From Lingula anatina (Eukaryota; Animalia; Brachiopoda), in the NCBI GenBank assembly GCA_051362555.1, contig CM120641.1, positions 35,966,401 to 36,030,400 of the forward strand: a DNA stretch of 64,000 nucleotides. Direction: 5' to 3'. A program made the translations under genes and the position numbers. Shown here piece after piece: positions 57,201-64,000 of this stretch (positions are counted from its first letter, which is position 1; each line of letters opens with the position of its first letter). The notes under the pieces were generated by a model, which was given only the letters and a program-made list of their open reading frames with translations, ran no database searches and was not told the origin of the DNA.

Positions 57201-57250
57201 AAAAAAACCAATATCTGCGTTTTTTTACTGTTCGCAACTAGTGTCTCCAT
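1..57250 (-). CDS. Giant multi-exon secreted/cell-surface glycine-rich repeat protein (>9,000 aa in window, 3' end outside window), uncharacterised
   Basis: Kozak ATG (GCCATGG) at 57250 followed by a hydrophobic signal peptide. Exons traced by splice sites and repeat continuity (frame checked at many, not all, junctions; a few boundaries have alternatives): 56896-57250, 52740-53150, 52349-52626, 51873-52038, 51468-51515, 50994-51131, 47886-50213, 47411-47649, 47021-47204, 46526-46629, 45774-45849, 45288-45472, 44900-45098, 44388-44515, 43922-44147, 43647-43733, 43100-43251, 42743-42895, 42169-42368, 41773-41955, 41252-41447, 40712-40877, 40001-40269, 39487-39676, 39015-39161, 38000-38710, 33737-37540, 33259-33426, 32850-32996, 31972-32558, 31491-31702, 30947-31125, 30484-30632, 30144-30335, 29608-29758, 29173-29313, 28761-28916, 28180-28353, 27577-27997, 26926-27254, 26466-26684, 25899-26060, 23934-24435, 23486-23630, 22950-23117, 22400-22628, 21990-22180, 21586-21688, 20910-21344, 18574-19200, 18129-18386, 17551-17712, 17134-17318, 16558-16761, 16081-16323, 15484-15793, 14977-15206, 14322-14472, 13782-14059, 12892-13375, 12562-12671, 12117-12296, 11699-11822, 10524-11329, 10088-10269, 9592-9817, 9004-9229, 8510-8632, 7623-7828, 6660-7347, 6155-6359, 5753-5835, 5310-5500, 3760-5077, 1605-3515, 591-1400, <1-283. 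Confidence 0.88.
591..1400 (-). CDS. Giant gene exon
   Basis: GASHGG...YGS.Y...YGSGGG...GGGSGGSV...GGGGGGRML...GASGT...LDN. Confidence 0.88.
1605..3515 (-). CDS. Giant gene exon
   Basis: 644-aa ORF with the same repeat motifs. Confidence 0.88.
3760..5077 (-). CDS. Giant gene exon containing an internal copy of the N-cap module
   Basis: 420-aa ORF; GGSHGG, YGSLIQPNSYGSSG, GSGGSI and GGGGGRIAV motifs. Confidence 0.88.
6660..7347 (-). CDS. Giant gene exon (beta segment)
   Basis: RTWI...FDEVVLRGGAHLAL...LPF.LYV...G...LP...GYGPDRGPG. Confidence 0.85.
10524..11329 (-). CDS. Giant gene exon (complete Gly-rich segment)
   Basis: GSLYQPADFGTSGG...GGGSGGSIFI...GGGGGGRIAI...GGAGTI...DN. Confidence 0.88.
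13782..14059 (-). CDS. Giant gene exon with Cys-rich insertion
   Basis: GKGTISTNGG followed by CYRYDKERRCLVCKDYYYFVQNNCVSDC...KCCGGTC...WC...CYCPTGRYC; spliced in frame to KQGGGGGGRIAV. Confidence 0.75.
18574..19200 (-). CDS. Giant gene exon
   Basis: GGNGYEPGGPGTVYLY...LDELHLYGGAQVGF...DRSARMHVG. Confidence 0.85.
19397..20557 (+). mobile_element. 5'-truncated L2/CR1-clan LINE (RT C-terminal part, 3'UTR, ATT-type tail), copy 1
   Basis: QGSVLGP, YADD, KTEVV, NLGV.FD, S.LDY.N.LL.GLP, LQ.VQN.AARL and LHWLP motifs; ORF intact to stop at 20338; 3' GCACT...AGTGC stem, AATAAA and ATT/TAT tail. Confidence 0.93.
20633..20893. mobile_element. PIF/Harbinger-type MITE
   Basis: ~38-bp TIRs (GACCCAGTTTTATAAAGGACGTTAAGCACTAACCAGTG ... 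CACTGGTTAGTGCTAAACGTCCTTTATAAAACTGGGCC) flanked by a 3-bp direct repeat ATG (20630-32 / 20894-96). Confidence 0.85.
22950..24435 (-). CDS. Giant gene exons 23934-24435, 23486-23630, 22950-23117: Gly-rich unit plus a second inserted galactose-binding-like module
   Basis: GGRIAVY...GGPGT...VDN, then VTST...NMFSG...LTFELPQALYIDHLRVHP...YAALNELEIY; frame checked across all three exons. Confidence 0.78.
24621..25670 (-). mobile_element. 5'-truncated L2/CR1-clan LINE, copy 2 (inverted relative to copy 1)
   Basis: Reverse complement is nearly identical to 19496-20540; its 256-aa ORF is identical to the C-terminus of copy 1; (TAA)n tail at 24621-24640. Confidence 0.93.
31491..32558 (-). CDS. Giant gene exons 31972-32558 and 31491-31702: Gly-rich unit plus inserted galactose-binding-like beta-sandwich
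   Basis: GGRIAIY...GASGTVY...DN, then VTSS...YLFD...VTVTLNTTHFLNRVRVFP...YASLSQVEIF. Confidence 0.75.
33737..37540 (-). CDS. Giant gene 3.8-kb exon: three tandem complete Gly-rich units
   Basis: 1233-aa ORF in the track with three copies of GGGSGGSIWM.C...GGR.A.YF..N.T...GG.GT.F.YHM...H.TL.I.N. Confidence 0.92.
37795..37936. repeat. Degenerate (GAT)n microsatellite
   Basis: atgatgac/gatgatgatgatgataataat arrays. Confidence 0.7.
38000..38710 (-). CDS. Giant gene exon (repeat unit beta segment)
   Basis: FDELQIWGRAQLAVLTDPP...MIGDRSGTIHIG...TLHHGG...GAGHGGSGG. Confidence 0.88.
40469..40612. mobile_element. Short non-autonomous DNA element (CAGGCC...GGCCTG termini)
   Basis: Inverted termini, internal G/C runs, 5-bp flanking duplication TACAG. 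Confidence 0.65.
46000..46220. promoter_or_regulatory. Intronic CpG cluster with CRE palindrome (candidate internal promoter)
   Basis: TGACGTCA at 46153-46160, TACGTCA at 46120, CACGCG x2, long C run; lies at the CpG-content boundary of the gene. Confidence 0.35.
47886..50213 (-). CDS. Giant gene 2.3-kb exon: Gly-poor, beta-strand-rich segment with ~95-100-aa sub-repeats
   Basis: 763-aa ORF in the track; CAG acceptor ending at 50214, donor GTAGG at 47885; in frame with neighbouring exons. Confidence 0.85.
50372..50989. mobile_element. Non-autonomous DNA transposon-like element rich in GAATG/CATTC(G) motifs, left end apparently truncated
   Basis: Sub-terminal inverted CGGAATGACAA (50403) / TTGTCATTCCG (50938); many cattcg/gaatgc repeats; right terminus abuts an exon donor. 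Confidence 0.55.
51172..51217. repeat. Poly(A) tract (~46 nt; poly-U in pre-mRNA)
   Basis: Uninterrupted A run ~40 nt upstream of the 51131 acceptor. Confidence 0.9.
51873..52626 (-). CDS. Giant gene exons 3-4 (52349-52626, 51873-52038): F5/8 type C (discoidin) domain
   Basis: YWQP...YLETRFANPMYVTSIETRG...YVTGYYLMYRD...W.EYK / FQGNTDG...QQFPHPVFASAVRIYPT matches the discoidin/F5-8C consensus (W.P..WL.V.L....VTGI.TQG..YV..Y.V.YS.DG..W / F.GN.D...F.PPI.AR.VRI.P). Confidence 0.85.
52740..53150 (-). CDS. Giant gene exon 2: first complete Gly-rich unit
   Basis: GSYGGRGG...YGSTVAPLEYGSGGG...GGGSGGSIFIEA...GGGGGGGRIAM; canonical AG/GT, phase 1-1. Confidence 0.88.
53325..53391 (-). pseudogene. Degenerate tRNA-Ser(GCT)-like / tRNA-derived SINE head
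   Basis: Minus strand GACATGTCGGCCAAGTGGTAACGTCCCTGGCTGCTAAGCACGTCGGAAGGGGTTAGATTCCCGC: A-box-like, CTGCTAA loop, B-box-like; stems pair poorly. Confidence 0.5.
53549..53724. mobile_element. MITE (CAGGGGCGGATCCAG...TAAATCCGCCACTG)
   Basis: Imperfect TIRs; flanks CTTATG / CCTATG resemble a TSD; termini related to the element at 63308. Confidence 0.7.
56896..57250 (-). CDS. Giant gene first coding exon: signal peptide, Cys-containing N-cap, start of first Gly-rich unit
   Basis: METLVANSKKTQILVFFCVLLCGLTRLTNG|LTCAEDG...CNLHPGVHVF...SGQGYAAGSGRGGG; donor G|GTAAGG at 56895. Confidence 0.85.
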
Positions 57251-58293
57251 GGCGAAGTCATCTTCTCGCTGTAATAACCAGGAAGTTTTTTACCAGAAGC
57301 TGTCGAACTAGTATTTCAATATTTATCGATAATATTATCCAACGAGGCTAAATAAACAGTAACAATGACATTGCGAAGTTAGATCAATCGTTCTTTATAC
57401 AACGAACAATTTATCCGCAAATGGGCCGGCCGGGCCTCTCTGCCTCCTTAAAAACCAAACAACACGTGACATTATTATACTTGAAATAAAAAAAAAATCC
57501 GGGTCGAGTTTTGAAGTGAAGTTGATCTGGATCCGGGTTTATTTACCAATAACAAAACCTACCTTACCTCATTCATCGCTATTGTGTAAGCATTATTAAA
57601 ACCTGATCACAGTTTTTGTTTTCTTATACAAATGAATTATCAACCGAAGGTCATTAGAACACACTTTGTGGTTATTTAAATTGTTAAAACTGTGCACCTT
57701 TGCTTAATAGGTTTACTCGCCTCCTTGGCGTATTCGTTCATGCTTTGTATCAATTATGAATTTCATTTCCCTCAGTCGAATTTCTAAATGAACTCTCGGA
57801 TCTATATGTGTATTCTCTTATTATATATCTACATGCTTTTACTGTTAATGCTGTTTTATTGTTTTCAACTCGATACAATAGTTTTATTGATAAAATGTTC
57901 TCTTTCTCTGCCTTAACTTTTCCTATTATATAATACAATTATATTTGCTTTATTATAAAATCATTCATTATCACATAACATCCTTTTACGAAAACCACAG
58001 ATACAACGAGGTTGAAGGTTATAGAGGCCCCCGCATCTACTGCTGTGGTCCTTCTGTATACTGCAATGTTGAATCATTTAAACCACCAGGACGCACGTAG
58101 GAAACAAATTTGAAATGATCGAAAGAGCTTACCATTAAGAAAAAAATGTACAGCAACGGTTCGATCCCCCCCCCCCCCCCCCCATCTCCGCTTTCTGCAC
58201 ATATGGCTGACTTGGCTAAAATGCGTGCATTTGTGTGTGTTGGGGGGGGGGGGAGAGGTTTAAGCTCCCCTCCCCCCGACTACTACGTCTATG

Positions 58294-58580
58294 GGGGCCA
58301 TTCAGAATAGATGATCCGAGTACTAACTGATCCGCCGACTAAATATGGCCGACCCCACTTCAAAGGGATGCCGCTGATTCCAGATGGATCCCCGCCTCCA
58401 CACGCGCCATAAAACGGATTAAATCTCCGCTCCAAGGTTTAATTGCTATAGGCCCCTGCAGCGACGGCGCGTATGGAAGCGGGGAGACCATGGAATTAGC
58501 GGCATCGCTTTTGAACTGTGGTTGCCCATATTTAGTCGGCGGATCAGTAAGTACTCGGATCATCCATTCTGAATAAGGCC
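58294..58580. mobile_element. Fold-back MITE with ~115-bp inverted arms
   Basis: ATTCAGAATAGATGATCCGAGTACTAACTGATCCGCCGACTAAATATGG... is mirrored by ...CCATATTTAGTCGGCGGATCAGTAAGTACTCGGATCATCCATTCTGAAT; flanked by TATG on both sides. Confidence 0.8.
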
Positions 58581-59211
58581 TATGATAAAGTGCATGGGCA
58601 GACAAGAAATGTTGATATATCAATTTTAAAAAAATCCGTTTATGTTAGCAAAGCTTTTGGGGTTAGTTTTGGCTAAACTATAGAGATTTACGTTGGTTTA
58701 TTGAATGAACGCATTTTAGTTGAATGAAATAGTATACTATCTCTTGTATAACATTTTTAAAATACCGTTTTTCTATCCATTGACATCAATTTTGCCATGG
58801 AAAATTAACATACAGCCATTCGAAGAAATGCCATTTTTGATAAAGTCCAACAACTTGTTTATATTATTTTCATAAGAACATGGTGCTGTTCCGTTTTTTG
58901 AACCTGTACTGTTCTATTTTATCATTAGAAGAGGTCTAGAGTGATATTGTAGAAAATGAACCTTTAAAAGGGCATTAATCCTCCTCTTTCAATTCAATGC
59001 AACTCGAATCTGCTGTCACAATAATGTACACTCATTTAACAGATATGTGAGTCCGATTTGTGAGTACACATGATGAAGTCATAAAAGGGGCATTAATCCT
59101 ACGCTATCTGAATTAGTGACAGAGATTAAGCTGCGACATAGACGCGACGTTGACGATTGCGACGCGCGTTGTGACGTTTCTTTTTTCGTAGCGTGTGATT
59201 GTGTCGTACAT

Positions 59212-59225
59212 GTTTCCATCGCAAC
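59212..59225. promoter_or_regulatory. RFX X-box-like element in CpG-rich promoter
   Basis: GTTTCCATCGCAAC (one mismatch to GTTTCCATGGCAAC), 25 bp upstream of ATG 59251, inside a CpG-dense tract 59130-59250. Confidence 0.55.
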
Positions 59226-59250
59226 AATTACTCCGAGAATAAGTGATGCG

Positions 59251-60392
59251 ATGACTTCAGTTTCTGACAGACTGAGGGAAATTGACAATTTTCTTGCTCA
59301 AGCTAAGAAAGATGAGGAATTTGCAAAACTCAGTAGGGTAAATACATTTAGTCAAATGACCCTAAAGTTCAGTATATTTACTTGAGAGTAAATAAGCAGG
59401 GTCCGCGAAGAGGATGGCTTTCTAATCGGGAGTCACTCATTGATGTATATCTTATATGGCTTATTTTAATAACGAAAATGACTGCATATTTTCCGCATGC
59501 ATATTCAACATTAGACGAAATGACACAAAATCTACATATTCTTATTGCAGAAACTAGTCAACCTTGAATGTCAATGCCGGGAACTAAATAGCAAATTGAA
59601 GGTAAAAATAAAGAATATAATCACTTGCTTAATTTACTTAAGTTAAAGACAGTTATAGGCGTCATTGAAATGCATTATTTGGCATAATAGGCATGGTAGA
59701 GTGTAAGTCACATCCAAAGTGTCAACTTATATCCGACAGCTTTTTATAATGTGGGCACATATGGTGTTTAAAAATATATATGAGATCTTTGTCGCACAGG
59801 AGCTCATCAAAGAACAACAGGCGAAGGGCGACGCCATACGGCGCCTACAAAGACAAAATCGACAACAAGTTGATAAAATTGATGACTTGAAACAGGCTAA
59901 TAGAGACCTCAGGTGGCGAATACAGGAGCACCAAAGAGAAAATCATGTATTAAAAACTGTTCTATACGGAAACTTGTGGAACAAGTAAGAAAAGAGTTTA
60001 TAGAAATTACGATTAAGTAGTCTTCCTTACTCTGGATGGCAATAAATTTTGGTTCAAGGTTTTTAATTTTCTCAACTTTGGAAACGTTTATTTCTGAACA
60101 CACATTTATAAATTTTGTGTTAATTATAATGTTTTTAGAGGTCCCCCAGGCAGACTGACCAAAACAATGTGGCACATGATCTGATCAACCTATGGCGCTT
60201 CTAATAGAAAACAAATAATTGAAAGTAAATATCTGAAAAGTTATGATTAAAAAATGATCCCGAATATAGTTGCGATTGATATCGTTTTACTTCATTTTTT
60301 TCAGGTGTAAACCCGGAGAACCTTTGCCTTATACGTTTGAATACAGCAAAATATCTTCAGAAGAAAACAAACTTTCTTCAGATGAAAGCTAA
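59251..60392 (+). CDS. Small 136-aa coiled-coil protein, uncharacterised (exons 59251-59337, 59551-59601, 59800-59984, 60305-60392)
   Basis: Four exons with GT-AG sites splice in frame: MTSVSDRLREIDNFLAQAKKDEEFAKLSR/KLVNLECQCRELNSKLK/ELIKEQQAKGDAIRRLQRQNRQQVDKIDDLKQANRDLRWRIQEHQRENHVLKTVLYGNLWNK/CKPGEPLPYTFEYSKISSEENKLSSDES*; AATAAA at 60575 and 60623. Confidence 0.72.
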
Positions 60393-60963
60393 TTTATTCA
60401 GATTACCAATTCACCACATATCTTCTGCATAATAACTGACGTACAACCAAGACAACCAGTAAAATGTAATGTACAGGCCATGTAAAAAATACTTTGAACC
60501 AACTATATATGACACATAATGTTGAAAGTTCAGTAAATGTATACCTTACTGAGATCAAAGGATATCATATTTTAAATAAACTTTCATGCCGTTCTCACAA
60601 AGTACCATCTTTATATATTTTTAATAAATAAATTCGTCTCCCTTTTTAAAAATACATTTGATGCTTATCGATCTTTTTTGTGATACCAGATGTCCTTATT
60701 GGTACTTTATAATATGATAATTGAAATTTGCTAGCAATAATAATATAAAACGTTCTCTACCAATTTCAATTTAATATCATCCCTTGATGAGATACTACAC
60801 AAGATATCTCACGAATTAGAACAACTTTTTATCAATTATGGCCATGTGATTCATATGGTATTTGGCTTTCATCGGGTATCTTTACAGTCAGAAAGCATTT
60901 CAGGATAAAATTTGCACAAAAATCAGCATGTATGATATCATAAATCTATGGTTTTTAAATATA

Positions 60964-62907
60964 TTAGTCCAAATCCTCTGAATTCATGACAGCAGCTCTA
61001 CCACTAGTGCTACTGTTTAGATTAACCTCTGAGGAAAACCCTTCCTCCTCCTCCTCATCTTCACCAAATAAACTCTGCAACAAATTCCCTAAAAGACAAT
61101 GAAAATCAAAATATAAAAGATCAATGATACAGTGCACATTTTAAATCATGATTTCATATCTGCATTACCACTGATTATTCAAATGAGTATAACTGAAAGC
61201 ATTAATTGAAATAAAACTATGAATATTTCTGCACCCCATTAATATAACATTGTAAGTTAAAAAATGGTTGAATGATCTCTTTTTGTGTCAAAAATCCAAG
61301 TTATATCTGTTGAGCTGTGCAACTAGTAGGGAGGACTTCCTTGTTTTTTTTTCCAGAGGGTACATCACACAGGCGGTGAACCGAATCTGAGTGATGCAGT
61401 CAAAACTGAAAAACACCTTCACAGGTAGATTTTTTGCACAGAAAGGGCTCATACAACCATTTTATTGACACAAATATTCTGCGCCAAAGAACTTAATAAG
61501 CTTGTGGACAGTCAAGCTATGGACAGTTATCATGACATTCCATGACAGAACCCTTGAGATTTTTTTAGATTACAGTAACCAAATATGAGGCTCAATGAAA
61601 GAGAGTTTACTTTTCAATGTCAAAGAAGAATTAACTTACCAAAAACCCCTGGCTGTGTATTTTTCTTGGGTGGAGGTATCCCAAAGAATTGCTGCCCAAT
61701 CCTGTCCAAGTACTGAAATATCAACACAAATCTGAAGTTCTAACTTGTAGAATAAAAATAAAGAAACAAGTTGAAAGCATAAATAAATAAATATCTTAAT
61801 ATAACACATTTCAAAACACCACACCATATTTTCAAAACTTTTTTCAGTTTTAAACAAATTTATATTGGTACAAACTCTTAAGCCACCACTTCATGAAATT
61901 TGACATAGATATAAGATAAGAGTTTTTTTACGTGTCCAGTAAGTGTTACATCTAATTTATTACCCCTACATGTATAAATTATGCAAGGCTTTAATCAATT
62001 TATGACACCTGAGGACACCATGTAATTTAAGGTTATCTATTTATCTTTTTTAGACAGAGCTTAGTTCCTGCATCGAATGGTCTACTGCATTTATGGCAGC
62101 CAAACTATGATAAATAGGATGACAATGACAAATCACTTTCACAGTTTCAAAACCCTTGTCCCCTGGATGAAAAAGCATTTTGGCAGCTATATTCATGGGA
62201 ACAAACACTGGTTCACATAATCACATATAATAAGTGTATTGAAATAAAAAAGAAACCGGAGATATGCCGCCAGACATTCGTTTTCAGATGATACCTGGTG
62301 ATAGGATTGCTAAGTAAACAAATTAAGATCGAAGAATTGTTATTATAATTCTTTTCAAAACTTCTTTATCTACCCACTTGTTACAGTCACCATAACATTA
62401 TGTTGTCACAAAAAAATTTGGTAAAATGCAATATCAAAACAGCTATCCCCATTTGTTCTTGATGATGCAATGATAATTTATAACCTACCTGAAAGTAGCA
62501 TGGATCCCTGTCTAAACTGAGTTTGTACTGTTCACATAAAACAGTGAAAAAAGCCAATTTTCCACTGAAATTTTAAAGGAAAAAAATTTTAAGAAAGATC
62601 CATGTAATTTAATCTCATAAATCAAAACATTTAGCTGAATAACGAAAAAATCAGTTTATCAATAGTTACACAATCTTTCTTTACATTGGTTTAGTAAATA
62701 TGGTAATAAATAAAAATTAAAATTTCACCTGATATGTTATCCTTAATCTTAAACTTTTACACTTACCCTTCTATGGCCAAAAGTAAAAACCAAAGAAAGT
62801 TAAGCAATGGTAATAAATATGGTGGCCCTTTTTTAACTTCTGGATGCTGCCTTGCATATGCATAGAATGTCACTGTAGCCGTGGCTTTATTCTTGAGACA
62901 AAGATAT
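60964..62907 (-). CDS. GET4: Golgi to ER traffic protein 4 homolog (TRC35), last four coding exons (62767-62907, 62489-62564, 61640-61712, 60964-61088); 5' part outside window
   Basis: Spliced translation [89 protein letters not shown]...GNLLQSLFGEDEEEE...EDLD* matches the metazoan GET4 C-terminus as I recall it ([51 protein letters not shown].PP). Confidence 0.93.
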
Positions 62908-63307
62908 CTGGTTGAAAAAAAAAAAAAAGAAAGAAAGAAACCTAAGATTGCAAACAATCAGACTAAGAGTTATATGCTTTGATAAATATAAATGGGAATA
63001 ATCTGAGATACTCCAAAGTCTGGCCACTCAATGTAAAATCAACAAAGTTTTTCAGAATTTGGAGGGGAATGGGGTTAGAATATAATGGCAAATTAGCAAG
63101 TGCAGTGCAGCTAAAAAAAAATGAGAATTTATCCACAGATATTTTTATAGTTGTTTTCATTTAAGTTCTGCCAAATTAGTCCATTCACAACAGTACAAAT
63201 TAACCTTGTTACTTGTGTGACTACTGTACTGCTTTCTAAGACAACACATATGCACATAGAATTTTACCCATATCACAAAAAAGTTAACCCCTCCTCAGGT
63301 GGGTAAT

Positions 63308-63473
63308 CTGGGGCGGATCCAGAGATATTTTCTGACAGTCTTCCAAATTATCTTTGTTACCATCCTCCATTTTTGACCGTCTTCCGACAGAAAAAAATAG
63401 ATACCCGTCAATGCAAACTTGAAAATCTGACCGTCTTCCAGAAGACCCAGAAGATGGCCTAAATCCGCCCCTG
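63308..63473. mobile_element. MITE (CTGGGGCGGATCCAG...TAAATCCGCCCCTG) in a GET4 intron
   Basis: Imperfect TIRs with a 5-bp flanking duplication GTAAT. Confidence 0.75.
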
Positions 63474-64000
63474 GTAATTGCACAATTTCTTATGTCACAG
63501 AGTCCAAAATTCTCATCTAAGGCTATCCTGAATGATCCCCATTGTAGCATTAATTCACACAGCTGTCTTATGACTACCTTCAACAGGCTTTGTTATGCAA
63601 CACTGCCAAGTGGCACTACAGTTGCCTGTGTAACTCCTTGGGGTTCAGTTGATACCTTCTAACCTTGAACTTTTACTTAACCCTAATAATTTCCCAATGT
63701 TTTTTTTTTTTAATTATTAACTGAAGGAAACAACAGTTCAGTTTAAACTTGAACTTCCAAAAACCTGTACATGTACTTTTGTCCTGGGTGATTAAACATT
63801 TAAGATGCATATGAAGTGAGAGTATAATACACCATGTAACATATAAGAGTTTTTTGACTAGTTCTATTTTCTTACACGGCACAAATAAAATACAAATGCA
63901 AAAAAAAAATAATCTCTCATATGCAGAAATGAGGCTTTAACCCAGACCTTCTTCAAAATTCTGGTCATAAATGTGACATACTTTTTTTTCTCTAGTACTG

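Noticed and set aside
499-57250. Reading the minus-strand ORFs as a cluster or operon of separate Gly-rich genes
   Set aside because: ORF ends run into AT-rich intron sequence, boundaries coincide with GT/AG sites and motifs continue in frame across them; only one signal peptide was found
52740-57250. Calling the giant gene ALK/LTK, collagen or PE-PGRS
   Set aside because: No MAM, LDLa or kinase domain seen, no Gly-X-Y periodicity and no PE domain; only the Gly-tract pattern is analogous
581-57311. Many plus-strand Pro/Thr/Ser-rich ORFs (e.g. 2396-2716, 34651-34905, 52763-53008, 56913-57311)
   Set aside because: They are antisense shadows of Gly codons (GGN read as NCC) in the minus-strand exons and have no independent splice structure
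58158-58168. B-box-like GGTTCGATCCC
   Set aside because: No upstream A-box or cloverleaf; runs into a C homopolymer
60139-60224. Possible extra exon of the small coiled-coil gene
   Set aside because: Both candidate acceptors hit a stop in the required frame; at most an alternative terminal exon, unsupported
63284-63660. ORFs upstream of the GET4 exons
   Set aside because: Translations do not resemble GET4 and partly span a MITE; treated as intron

Overview
AT-rich animal genomic DNA with GT-AG introns, probably from a marine invertebrate (the taxon cannot be fixed from sequence alone). About 57 kb is one giant minus-strand gene. It starts at ATG 57250 with a signal peptide, has about 77 hand-traced exons and ~27 kb of coding sequence (~9,100 aa), and is still open at position 1. 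The protein is built from about 19 glycine-rich ~400-aa units (GGSHGG...YG..P..FGSGGG...GGG.I...ANG...GGGSGGSIW...GGGGGRIAV...GGPGT...DN) alternating with beta-strand-rich segments. It carries inserted F5/8-type-C/galactose-binding-like modules and a Cys-rich module. Its introns hold two near-identical, inverted, 5'-truncated L2-like LINE copies, several MITEs and a tRNA-derived fragment. CpG content drops sharply at ~46 kb. Head-to-head with it is a 4-exon, 136-aa coiled-coil gene (59251-60392, +) with an RFX X-box. The last four coding exons of GET4/TRC35 (minus strand) follow.
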